Of a stretch of 64,000 nucleotides of DNA, positions 11,587-38,000 are shown one piece after another. The stretch spans positions 16,866,001-16,930,000 of the forward strand of contig CM052832.1 in assembly GCA_028534125.1 (NCBI GenBank). The letters run 5' to 3'. Numbering within the stretch: the stretch's first letter is position 1; each line of letters begins with the position of its first letter. The DNA comes from Lama glama (Eukaryota). The translations under genes were made by a program, and so were the position numbers. Below the pieces are notes generated by a model. That model was not told where the DNA came from, searched no databases, and saw nothing but the letters and a program-made list of their open reading frames with translations.

Positions 11587-14500
11587 ATGGCCACCATCCC
11601 GGACTGGAAGCTACAGCTGCTAGCCCGGCGCCGGCAGGAGGAGGCAGTCGTTCGTGGCCGGGAGAAGGCAGAGCGAGACCGGCTGTCCCAGATGCCAGCC
11701 TGGAAGCGGGGACTCCTGGAGCGCCGCCGGGCCAAGCTTGGTCTGTCTCCTGGGGAGCCTAGCCCTACTCCTGGGACTATGGAGGCTGGACCTCCAGACC
11801 CAGATGAGTCTGCCGTCCTCTTGGAGGCCATTGGACCAGTGCACCAGAACCGATTTATTCGGCAGGAGCGCCAGCAGCAGCAGCAGCAGCGGAGTGAAGA
11901 GCTACTTGCGGAGAGACGGTCTGGGCCTTTGGAGGCCCGGGAGCGGAGACCCAGCCCTGGGGAGATGCGGGATCAGAGCCCCAAGGGAAGAGAGTCAAGG
12001 GAAGAATGGCTCAGTCCCAGGGAGGCAAGAGATCGGAGGCTGGGGATAGGGGGAGCTCGAGAGTCAAGCCCCAGGCCTTTGGAGTCTCGAGACTGGAGGC
12101 CAAGCCCAGGAGAGGCTGGAGATAGGAGCTCCAGACTGTCAGAGGTGCGGAAATGGAGGCTGAGCCCTGGAGAAACTCCAGAGCGGAGTCTGAGACTGGC
12201 AGAGCCTCGGGAACAAAGCCCCAGGAGAAAAGAGGTAGTGGAAAGTAGACTGAGTCCAGCAGAGTGTGACAACCAGAAATTTGGCCTGACAGAGGCCCAT
12301 AAATGGTGGCCTGACTCCGGAGAGTCTCAGGAACAGAGTTTGGTACAACTGGAGGCATCAGAGAGGAGGCTGAGCTCAGGAGAAGAAAGAAAAGACTCCT
12401 CGGAGGAATGTGGGAGAAAAGAAGAGAGGCGAATTCCAAAGATGGTCCCAGCAGAGATTACAGGGTCGTCAGAGACTCTGACAAGGGAAGCTCCAGACAG
12501 CAGCTCTGGAGGAGTGGAAGCAAAAGAGCAGAGACCCAGCCCTGAGGAGGATGGCGAGAGGGGCTTGAGGCTGACAGAAGGGTGGAAATGGACCCTGAAC
12601 TCTGGGAAAGTTCGGGAATGGACACCCAGGGACACAGAGACTCAGAAATCAGACCGTCCAGAGTCTGCCGAGAAGCACCAGGGGCCTCTCAGTACAGAGG
12701 CTGGAGAAGCAGAGGCTGAGAAGGAGGAGGCGGAGGCTCAGGGCAGGCCTCTGAGCGCCCTGCAGAACCGCTGTTCTGTGCCCTTCCCCCTCCCACCAGA
12801 GGACGCTGGGACTGGAGGCTCTAGACAGCAGGAAGAGGAAGCAGTGGAACTCCGGCTCCCACCAGCGGCCCCTCTGTCTCCCCCACCCCCAGCCCCACCT
12901 GCCCCCCAGTCCCCTGGGGATCCCCTCATGAGCCGGCTGTTCTATGGGGTGAAGGCAGGGCCAGGGGTGGGGCCCCCCCGCCGCAGCGGACACACCTTCA
13001 CGGTCAACCCCCGGCGGTCCGTGCCCCCTGCAGCCCCTGCCACTCCGGCCACCCCAGCCACAGCTGATGCTGCAGTCCCCGGGGCTGGGAAGAAGCGGTA
13101 CCCGACAGCCGAGGAGATCTTGGTTCTGGGGGGCTACCTCCGCCTCAGCCGCAGCTGCCTTGTCAAGGGGTCCCCTGAAAGGCACCACAAACAGGTAGGG
13201 AGCAGCCAAGCCAGACTTCTTAGAAGCCCATGCGTCAGTTCTCCGTGAACGCCTGTCTCTCTCTCTTTTTTATAGCCCTGTATTCTTGTCTCCATCTATT
13301 CTTTCTTGGTCATTTCTGCCACCACCCTTCCTCCCCTGCACACACACCCTTCCTTCTTGTAGCCCTGCTTTTCCATTCATTTCCAAGCCCAAGGATCCTG
13401 CCCGGTAATCCAGCACTGTCCTGGGTGTGTCTCTTTCAGGGTGTGCCCAGGCTGCTCACTCTCCCTTCCCTTAGGCTCTGAGTACCCCCGCCCCCCATTC
13501 TTTCCATTCCTGAGTCTGTCACCCAACCCAGCCCATCTGGTAGGAGACCTGAGCTGAGGCCACAGCCTGGAGTCTATGAGGGCAGGGTCCTCAGGATGAG
13601 AGCACTTCCAGCCTTACAGGGAGAGAACATTGGGCAGGAAACTGGGGCAGGGGACAGGGGATAGCTTTGGGGTTCTAGGGAGAAATGGCAGGGAGAAGAG
13701 AGTGGAGGAATGTCTCCCAGTCCCAGGGAACTGGGGGGGGGGGAGGGGGGAGCAGAGCGGAGTGGGGACATCCTAGGATAAAGGGGGTAGGGGAGTGGAA
13801 CAGGGCTGGCCAAAGAGCAGAGAGAAGGCTTTTGAACCCCCAGTCTGCCCCACGGGAGAGACACACACAGAGGCCATTTGAAGTGGGTGACCTCAAGGTT
13901 GCACACCCCCAGCTGGGCCACTGCTTCAGACAGTGCTCCCTTCTCTCTTGGGACAAGAAAAGCCTTCTCCTCTTCCAAAATGCCCCCCACACCTCCCTCT
14001 CTGTCCTTCCTCCCTGGGCTTCCCCTCCCTCCCCAGAACTGGCTCAGCAGTTGGTTTTCCCCTCTTCCTGCCACTCTGGCCTCTCCCTCCCCTTGGGGTA
14101 GAAAGAGAAGTGAATTGGGAGGCACTGCCCTGATAGCAGGGAGTACAATGGGAGCTAGGGACAAGGGTGGGGGCTGAGGCCAGCAGAGGGTCAGAGGTTA
14201 AACTGGAAAGAGGCCATGCAGGGAAGTGGGAATGGCCAGGCCGACTTCTTCCCCAGACCCTGGCCAAACTCCTTCCCCACACCAGTTTTCAGCTTGAATA
14301 TCTCCAAGGAAAGAGAGGTTCCTGCATCTAATGCATCACCCCAGAGACTGGGAAGTTCTTCCTCGTTTCCAGTTCCCATCCCACCTGTGACATCCTGATT
14401 TGTTTTTTGTGTCTTCAGTGTCAGTGGGAAAGCACAGGGGCCAAAGCTCGGGGATCACTTGACTCCCCAATTCACCTTCACGTGAAGCTTAAGCCCCCAT

Positions 14501-17500
14501 CCCCGAGCCATGGTCCCTGAGTCTCTCCTGAGCTTTCTGGCTGCTACAAGCTCCTTCCCCTTCTGGCTGGGCAGATGCAAGGAAGTAGGTCTGGAAAAGC
14601 CAGCGGGGGGTGTTCAGAAAAGTCACTTCCTACTGTAGAGGTTGGCTTGTGTCTCTGGAGAGGAACAAGAAGGCTGAGGCATGAAGTCTGGGGCCCAAAG
14701 CGCAGGGACTGTCTGAGTGCAGGGCAGGACCTGTGATGTTGACCATACCTAGGTCAGGGAGCAGGGGAGCCGGAAGCAGATCGCCCAAACAGGAAACCTG
14801 GGGTGGGGGCCGGAAGGCTGGTGGGCCTGAGTGGCGAACACGGGGCCATAGGGCTGCCAGAACTGTGCTCAGGATGTGGTGAGAGAATCAGGAAGCAGCC
14901 GCTCGGGGTGGGGGTGGGGAAGAAGCAGCACTGACTTCTCTAGGACCAGACCCCTTCCCCTCAGCCCTCTCAGGCTGGCTCTGCTCTCCCAGTACCCTGC
15001 TCTTCAGGGACTAGCATGTCCTGTCTCCACCCACTGGATCAGGGATAGGAGGACCCGCCACCCAACACCGCCCCTCCTTCCCTAAAAACTCCTGTTTGCA
15101 GGCTAATTCCATGCAATGTATCGGTGCTACTGGGGGAGAGATCCCAGCCCTGCCACTGGAGCCCAGGGGTTGGGCCGTGGCTGGTGCCCGTCCCTAGAGG
15201 CCCCTCTGGCTGGGAGACCAGCCCCTCCCCTCTCCAGCCCCCTTGTGACCTTATATAGCTGATGAGAGAGGAGTGAGTGAGTCACCCCACTCTGTACCCC
15301 CCCCCACGCCCATGCGGGCTGTGCATTCCTGAGAAGCCCAGTCAGAAGCTAGGGGTGGTGAGGAGAGAAGCGGGGTCAGGGTCGGGGGAAAGAAAAAAAC
15401 ATGGATGGAGAGCAGATGAAATGGACCCTTTTCCAGCATGGACCATAAACTAGGGTGCTTGTTATCCCAAAAGTGGATATGAAAAGAAAACAGAAATGGG
15501 TTCCCAGAAGTTTGAGTAAATCTGTCTGCAAGAGAACCAGAAGTGGTCCCTTTTGAGAAGTTGGGACGTCAGGGGTAAGTTTCCTGTCACTCAATGCTAC
15601 CACAGCTGTTCCACAGACACAGACTAGGGGTTGAGTGTGTACAGGATGGACTACCCCACCCCCAGTGGTCCCCCCCCAGTGTTGGTCTTCTGTTGGGACC
15701 TCATCTGTGGTCTGCAAGAACCCTTCCTTACCCATTGTAGCAACTTCCATGCTTCTATTGACAGCAAAGGCAAGGATAAGTAAATTCTCTGGTAGGTTAG
15801 AAGATGGTCAGTGGTTATTGGGGGGGAAAATTAGAACAGGTATAAGTGGAACCTAGAGGGCCAGGAGGTAGGAGGAGCAACTATACCAACTTTATAATAG
15901 CATCATCCAGAGAGGGACCTGTGATATTTGGGGGAAGAGTGTCCCAGGCAGAGGGAACAGCCAGTGCAAAGGCCCAGAGGTAGGAGTGCCCTTGGTGGGG
16001 CTGGAGGAAATCATTCAGTGTGGCTGGAGTGGAAGAGGATGCCCAAGAGATGAGGGGGAGAGGCACATTGGGAGCACCCTGTTGGCCTTGGTCAGACTCT
16101 GGCTTTTGCTCCCAGTGAAATGGGGGTTTGGCCCCAGGGAGTGACACATAGTCTCTGAGTTCTGGCTTCCCATGGGGACCCAGGTGTTAGTAACCACCTG
16201 TCCAGCCACAGTCCTGGCTTCTCTCTCCTCATACCCCAGCCCATGCAGAGACTCATGGATGCAGGGCTTCAGTATCCAGTTCCCCAGACAGACTCCAGAG
16301 AAGGCCTGAGTAGATCACCTGGACCTTTCTGAGCAGTTCACATGGAATCCTCCTGTTTGTCTCCTTAATCGCTTTGGCTCCCAGAGTTAATCTCACCCTG
16401 CCCCTTCCCCCTGAGCTTCTTAGGAGGACAAAGGGGAAGGGTAAAAAGGTAGTGAGAACAGCTGGGGCTCGCCTGCTCTTGACACAGTATTTTCTTCCCT
16501 TCCAGATCCCTCTCTGGTCGTTTGCCTCTGTCTACATGTCCCTTCTGGTGCACTCTCCACCCACCTCCCATGTTTGCCTGGACTTTCCTCTCTGTCCCTG
16601 TCACCTCCCCCATCTGCACCTTTCAGGGACTCAGGGGCTCATCTCCTGTGTGTTGGGGGAGAGTCTCGTTTCCTCTGGGCTTTTCTGTTGGTCTCTTCTC
16701 CCCTCCCAAACCCAAGAGCCTGAACTGTGGGTCTACTCCAGCTGGAGGAGAGGAGTGAGGGGAGTGGGAGGGGCTGGTGTCCAGGGTCCCCCATTTTCCT
16801 GGAACAGCCAGGGGCTGAGGGTATGGAAACCAAGGTGCCTGTCTGCTTTTGTCTGGGACTCCCTCCCCAGCCAGCTCTTTTCTGCTGCCTAGCCAGCTCA
16901 AATCTCACCTCCTCTGGGTAGCCATCCTGGTGGCTCCCAGGGTGCCCAAAGACTCAGTTCTGATCAAAGGACTTATCTCCAGGTCTTTTAATTTCTTTTT
17001 GCCCTTCTGCCTCCCACACTCTAATGAGTGGGAACCTTGGTCCTGTGTTACTTCTGCCACCCAGGCCCCTGCCAAAGCTTCAGGCCAAAGTCAATGTTTT
17101 TGAAATGATATGATTGAAGAGGGAAAATCTGGGATTGGAGTGTGGGTACTGAAAGGAAAACTGTCTTCCAGAATTGGCTGGGGAGGGCAGAGTCAGCGAA
17201 GTGCCCAAATCTAACCCCTACTCCCCATCCTGCACGTGTTACCCTGCAGTCTTTTCCAGTCTGACCTTGCCTCCTCCCCATTTTCTTCCCACCTTCAGCT
17301 CAAGATCTCCTTCAGTGAGACAGCACTGGAGACCACGTACCAATACCCCTCCGAGAGTTCAGTGCTGGAGGAGCTAGGCCCGGAGCCTGAGGCCCCCAGT
17401 GCCCCCAGCCCCCCAGTGGCCCAACCCGACGACGAAGAAGATGAGGAGGAGCTGCTACTGCTGCAGCCAGAACTCCAGGGCGGGCTGCGCACCAAGGCGC

Positions 17501-18186
17501 TGATAGTGGGTGAGCTCAGGCTCCGCCGGCCCGAAGGCGCCCCCTGGTGTTCAGAGTGGACACTGCGGTCCAGGAGGGAAGGGGAGGATTAACGTTGGTG
17601 CTTGGAAGGGATTCTATCCCAACTCGCTCCTTTAACTGATGGGAAAACTGAGGTCCTGGAAAGCAAAGTGCACATGGGGTGTCTATACTTTAAAGCCAGG
17701 ACTCTTTCTGAGCGCTCTAGCATGGTTAAGAACCCAGAGTTTGGATCAGACAGGCCTGAGTTTGACAATTCCATCTTGTCTTTTACTTGTGGTGTGACCT
17801 CAGGGAAATCACTTGACTTCTGGCCTCAGTTTAGTATTTGGGAAATGGGTTTAATAACAACTATCTCCTGCAGTTGTTAAGAGGGTTAAGTAATTCTTGT
17901 AAAGCAAGTAGGAACTATGGGTGGAGATCCAGTCACTTAACCTCTCCTGGGATTACTGTAAGATGAAACAAGTTACGAGAATGGCTGGCACAGCATCCAG
18001 GCTAAGTGAGTGATGGCTGATTACTGATAGTAACAAGCACTCAGGATGTGGAAGCTATCAGAAGATTTCCTACGTGCCAACTGGCCTTCGGTTTGGGGAG
18101 TGGGTGGGAGAGGCGGGAGGCTGGGACCCTCACTCACTCTCTATGCTTATTGCCTCCTCTCCACAGATGAGTCCTGCCGGAGGTGA
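11587..18186 (+). CDS. PPP1R18: Phostensin (PP1 regulatory subunit 18), 612 aa
   Basis: Exons 11587-13194, 17299-17509, 18167-18186 total 1839 nt. MATIPDWKLQLLARRRQEE N-terminus, PP1-binding KISF motif at the start of coding exon 2, ends LRTKALIVDESCRR*. Confidence 0.97.
15900..16150 (-). mobile_element. L2 fragment
   Basis: gggaagagtgtcccaggcagagggaacagccagtgcaaaggcccagaggtaggag is the characteristic antisense L2 motif. Confidence 0.75.
17715..17910 (+). mobile_element. MIR SINE
   Basis: tagcatggttaaga...ttggatcagacaggcctgagttt...tgtgtgacctcagggaaatcactt...gcctcagttt...gaaatggg MIR core. Confidence 0.75.
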
Positions 18187-19046
18187 CCCTTTTCTGACAC
18201 AAGGATATACCTCCCTCCTCAGAACTGAAGATTCTGGAGCCCAGAAGATTCAGAGCAGACAGACCCTGAAAATGAGCCTGGCAGGGAAGGGCAACCAACA
18301 TCCTCCAACTTGCTTTCCTCATCCTTTTTCTGGGGGCAAAGGCAACTGCTCAGTTTCCACCCTCATCAGACATGCTGGTATATCCCAGGTTATGCAAGAT
18401 CCCAGATCTCCATGAAGTCCTGGAGAGGAGCACAGAGCTCACTGGGGGTGGAGATGGAGTACCTCCTCCATCTCCATGGGCAGGGTATACTCTCCTTACA
18501 GCCTTTCTGACTCCCCACCACCCCCTGGGGGCTCTCAGGATTTAAGCACCCATCTCCCTGGGAGACCTGGCCCCTACTCCATTTACAGGCACCTCTCCTT
18601 CCTGCTCCTTAGGTCACTACCCCTTTGTTTACAGCTCCTGCCTCCTCTCTTGACCACACTCTGGTTTACAAACCCACCAGTTCCCAGAGTTCCCGGCCCC
18701 ACCTGCCAAAGTCCCAGGTTTACAAGCTACGCCTACTTGCCTGTTGGCGTGGAATCCTCTCCCCTGTCCCCTGCATTCACCTCATTGGGAGTGACCTGGG
18801 GGTATGGCTTCCTCCACTTTTGCTCAGTATTACTGTGTCTCAGTTTTCCCCAAGAGGGAAGGCTGGGAACCTTAACTCTGTACCCCTTCTAGTTATTTAA
18901 TTCTATTCCTCCGAGTGGTTCACAACTGAATTGAATTGCGAGGGTGCAGGGTGAGAAATGAGGCACTTCAACTCTCTTCCCCCATTTCCTCTTCCTTCTC
19001 AATTGCCTGTGCTTTTTGTTTGTTTGTTTGTTTTTTAACTTTCCAT

Positions 19047-19052
19047 AATAAA
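19047..19052 (+). terminator. PPP1R18 polyadenylation signal AATAAA
   Basis: AATAAA ~860 nt after the stop, preceded by U-rich (tttg)n. Confidence 0.6.
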
Positions 19053-19344
19053 ATGGAGCTCTCTCCGACTCTCCTGCTGCTTCTCCTTCTGTAGATAAAA
19101 TGCATGTTGGGGTGGGGGGGCAGGGCTCTGGGTTTCTCATTCCAAGCCTCTCCCATTTTCTTACTGGGCATGAAGAGGAAGTGGCCATGGCTGTGGGAGG
19201 GGAAAATGATGGGGATGAACCAGGAACTCAGCACTGACATGTATTAAGGGCTCTGGGAGAGCCCTGCACCAGTTTCTCAAAGGGCTAGTTGAAGGACTGG
19301 TTTGGGGGAAGGGCAGTTGAAGTATCCATGAGACGGGTAGTACT

Positions 19345-19452
19345 ACAAGGGCAGACTATGTCCATTGTGTTCACTGCAGTATCCCCATGCCTGGCATGTA
19401 GGAGACACACAGTATTCTTTCAAGAATGAATGACTGAATAAATGAGTGAATA
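19345..19452 (+). mobile_element. L2 3' end fragment
   Basis: aagggcagactatgtcc...gttcactgcagtatcccc...tgcctggcatgtagg...gaatgaatgactgaataaatgagtgaat tail. Confidence 0.7.
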
Positions 19453-20859
19453 ATTGAAAAGCAGCTAAAAATTTGGAAGCAAAGGATACTCTGAATTGAA
19501 GGATTCTGGTATTCAGAAGCCTAGTACAATCCAAGCAGCCAGAGAGTGTGTGACACTGGCTAATCCAGGGGCTTTTACTCCAAGACTCGGGACCATAAAT
19601 AATTAACCTGAAATTACTGCAAAATATGGTGTATGTACAGAAGTGCAGTTTCCAAAAAAAGTCTCTGCTAGACAATACGTTTTATATTCTCAAAATTTTA
19701 AGAACCATTGAAAATTCATGGCTTTGTGGCCCAAGTATCGTTGACATTAAGAGGTTTTCCCATTTCAGTACGTTTCTATCTTCTACAAACGTGGAAGATC
19801 TTTATTTTACTTATCAGTTCATTTTTTCAGTTCTCCATGCTAGTAAGGTCATGGTTGAATACTTACAGTCCTTCTACTATTAGAAGATGCTCTTCTCAAT
19901 CTAGTCAGAGGAGAGTTCCCCTTTTATTAAAAATATCATGTATTATACAAATTGATCTTAAACATATATCAAAGGTCTTTAGCATACTAGCAAGGGAACT
20001 AGCAAAGGAACAAGCAAGGTATCAAGAGAATGAGCCACTTCAGAGAGGCTGTGGAAGGAAACAATACTTATATTAGCTAATTAGGTAAAGATCCTAATCA
20101 GATATGATTCAGGAAAGCAGAGGCAGGAAGCTCTGAGGTGCCAGGGGTGCCCACAGTCCATTTCAGAAACAGAAAACAGTGCATCCAAGAAGTCAATGAT
20201 GTGGAGCTACCTGTGACTGTTAATTAGAATAATAAATGCTTTGTTTCCCAACAGTAGTATCTGATAAATCCAATTAACATAAAAGCGTAAAGCAAGATCA
20301 GAGGTCAGAGAGCAGTCAAGCAACAAACTCTGCTTATTTAGAATTAAGAAGCCACCAGTCAATTTCTTAATATGTTAGCAAAAAAATGCAGAATTCAGTT
20401 TGCACATTCCTTAGTTTGGAGACCTGTTAAAAAAACTTTCGGAGACAGCAAGAAGGCATTTTTTTTATCCTCCAGATCCCAAGTTTCTTCCTGCCTGGAG
20501 TCCTCGTTTAAGCCTAACCTGTATTCACTTCTGTGGAAGGTACCAGTCTTAGCAAACGTCACTCCTAATCAGCACAGGCTAATCTGTAATAAACATGGAC
20601 TTGATCTTCTAGTTGTAAATAGAACCCCTACCCACAACACACAGTGACACATTTTGCATTGTTTTGGGCTCCATAGAACTTACATGTTTTATTTATTATG
20701 CATCTTGTCTTCCTTCCTCCCCAAACCACTGTAAATTCGGCAAGGGATTTGTTTCTGATTTGTTTTTTTTGCTACATCCCCAGGGACTAAAACTGTTCTT
20801 AGCATGGATTAGGTGCTCAGCATTTGTTGAATGAAATGAGTGAGTGAAACACCCATGAA

Positions 20860-34770
<13,911 letters not shown>

Positions 34771-34838
34771 AGGGGAAGGGACATAAACAGAACCTAACAC
34801 CAGCTCCTTTTCTTTCTGTACATTATTTAATATCTATT

Positions 34839-34861
34839 AATAAAAATATTTTTGGAATAAA
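34839..34861 (+). terminator. DHX16 tandem AATAAA signals
   Basis: AATAAA at 34839-34844 and 34856-34861, within ~90 nt of the stop. Confidence 0.75.
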
Positions 34862-34928
34862 GCTACAGGGGACTTTTGAGATTCAGAGAAAGTGACATGG
34901 AAATTCGATCTCACATATTCACTTAGAT

Positions 34929-34934
34929 TTTATT
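34929..34934 (-). terminator. C6orf136 polyadenylation signal
   Basis: TTTATT on plus strand, ~165 nt past the minus-strand stop at 35100. Confidence 0.7.
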
Positions 34935-35099
34935 ATTTACAAATTAAATTACACAGCAGCTTTACACAGCATGAGATGGACAGGAAAGGAGGAGCGAGAA
35001 GAGTCGGGGAAGCTGGCTCCTGAGGTTCTTGGCCGGCTCCACCTCCTCCTCTTGTGCGTAGCGAACTCTTTAACTGCTGCCTCCACCCCAGTTCCTGGG

Positions 35100-38000
35100 T
35101 CAGTCCTTGGAACACAGTTGTAAGTTGGGTTCTGGTTCCGACAGCCCCAGAGCCACCAGGGCTCCCACTAGCAGCTTCTTCACAGGCGTTGGGGGTGAGT
35201 GTGAAGGCATCAGCTGCAGGGAGAAAGCTTAATGCTGGTTGGTAGGATGTTCTACCCTGTCATCCCACCCCTTTCCAGCCCTGGGACTCACTTTGTCTAG
35301 GCGATGGCGACAAATGAGGCCATTGGAATTCAGGTAGAAGGTGGAATAGGCATCATAGGTCCTGATGAAGAGAAGAGAGGCTTACCCAGGGACAAGGTTT
35401 AATTCAAGCATCTGTTTAGTAGATCCTAAACTTTGCTACATATTAGACCACCTGGGGGTCCTTTAAAATTTCTGAAGCCAGGTTACACCCTGGCCCAATT
35501 AAATCACAATGTCTGGCACCAAATTTTCTTTAAAGATCCTCAGATGATTCCACTGTGCAACAAAGTCTGGGAACCACTGGTTTGGGCTGAGCCTAAGAAT
35601 TTCTTGGGATTCGACTCTGTGCCAGAAATTTACTAAGCACTTTACCTAAGGTGTGAGGCACAACTTATGAGACAGGAATTTTCATCTGCTCAGTAAGTAT
35701 TTTAGTATTTATGTGCCAAGTAATGTACTTGAAAAAACTGAGTTCAGAAGCCTCCTAATATACTGAGTCCCTATTTTTGTTATATTTAAGTAGACTTAAA
35801 ACAAGATCCTGCCCTCAAGGAGCCTGCAGTCAAGTCAGGGGAGATGGAGGATTGTTTAGGGGACCAGACCATAGATTCCTAAAAGGGTCAGATTAGGAAA
35901 TTGATTTTAGTGTGTTTCCTTTCTCACTTTTCTTACCGGTAAAGTTCTTCCTTATCACGCTTATAGAAACGCAGAAAAAGCAGATGGATGGGCAGCCCCA
36001 CAAGCCGCCAGCGGGCTTGCAGGGTCCAGTTCTCAGGGTGGCGGGTCAGCTGTAGAACCTCCAGCCGAAGTTGCGCAAAATAGTTCCAGGCCAGGAAGCG
36101 GCAGAGGGTCAGTGACAGAATATACCATGTCCGGCCCCTAGGAAGAAGGGATGGGAAAGAAATCTCATGATGGCAGAATCAAAAAACCAAACTGGCCTTA
36201 GTTGGAAGAATGGGGAACACTTATGAGAAGCAGCCTAGAACCTTCTCTAATAAGTGAAAACAGCATTGGGTCCTCTTCCTCCCCAAGGCCCTACCCGTTC
36301 CTGGATTCTCACTTGGTACGTATGTTCAGGATCTCATTGATGAATTCCACATCCGATGAGTAGAGAGTGTAGTCGTGGGAGTGAAGGAAGAGATTGGGAA
36401 GCTAGGTGAAAGAAGAAGACATGAGACCAGGAGAAAAGAAAAGATGACCCTATTTCTCAGTTTTCTGTATTTAGTGTCTCCTTATTCCTCTCTGAGTGAA
36501 AGGTTATCTCCTCCCATGTTTTTAACTTCCCTAATTCAAACTGAGAAGCATCTTTTCCTTGAGAAATGTTTATATTTCTATGCGTGTCACTCCATCGTGG
36601 CTCCAAGAAAGAATCCAGTTGACTAACTCCCTATTTTTAAGAATCACCTCCATCTCTTCCCATTTTGGCAAAGACTTTTGAACTGCCTTACCTCTTGTCT
36701 CAGTCTCTCATACATGACAGCTAAGTGCTCCTCCATACTCGGATCTCCTGATGGAGTGGCAGGGGAAGGGTGGGCAGTCCCAGGGGCTTGGAAAGGTATC
36801 AAAGCCCCAGGACAGGGCCAGGGAGGTCCCTCAAATAGGCTCCGAAGCCCATCTAAACAGCCACTATGTAATTCAGGTCCTGGTCCCTCCTCCCCCATTC
36901 CTGGGGGTAGAACCACCCATGGTGAGGTGAGGGCTTGGACCTGAGGGACAGGTAGTGGGGGAGCTCTGGGAAGCAGCCGGTTGGGAAGGCATGGGGGTGG
37001 GGGAGACCAAAGAAGAGGCAAAGGTGGAGAAGTGGTTGCTGTGGAGAGGGGCCAAAGGGGTGGGAATGGTAGAGGCCGTGGAGAAAGCTGGTCCTAAGAA
37101 CGAACAAAAGCAAAAAAGTTAAGAATCCAGCTGCCTCATGTCCCGCCATCCAAACTGCCCATTAACCTGCTTCCAATCCCTCCTGCTCCTCTTGAGAGAG
37201 ATGGAATTACTAGAGGAAAAATTCACCTCCATCCCTACTTAAAACAGGAGGAAATACTCTCCTGTGACGTAAGTACAAGTACCTTCCCCAAAACATTAGC
37301 AAATACCTTTAGATTTAAGATTCCAACACTGTTTAGGGGCAGGTCTGCCTCTCTTATAGCAAGAATCATAATACATATTTGAAGAATGAACAAATGAGTG
37401 AATAACAGCTTTTATTGTACAGTGGAGGAAATGATGCGGCCTGCACCACAATTACACGAGTAAGTGTGTAAGGCAGTTGTATGGAGAAAAGAACATCCAA
37501 CCGGAACTAGGAGACTTGAGTTCCGATTCGATCATGTAGCCTTAGGCACTCTAATTCCCTAAGCCTGAGTTTCCCATAAATGTCCCCCTATAAACGAGGA
37601 CGATGAGGCCACACTGAGTTATTATGAGGACTATATGAGATAATAAATGTAAATAAAACTTTGCGGCCTGTAAAGCAGTATATAAATGCAAGCTTATTAC
37701 TTGGGCTCCCTCTAATGACACGTAAAAGCCCAGGAGACCGTTAAAGGCTGGACCTCATTCCCCTGGTTTACTGACACTTCGATGAGGGGGAGGTCACCCA
37801 AAGTCAGACCTGGCCCGAGTCCCTGCGTTCCCAAGGAACCCCCCGAGGGGTTTCATAATCGGGAAGGCGGGCGGGCCGCACGGGTACCTCGGTCCCCGAC
37901 GGTGTCCCCGAGGCGCCGTCTCCGCCGGGGGCGTGGCCATCTTGCCCGCCCGGGCGCAGGGGCCCGAAACGGGTCCACCTGGGCCGGCCTTCCCGCCGGG

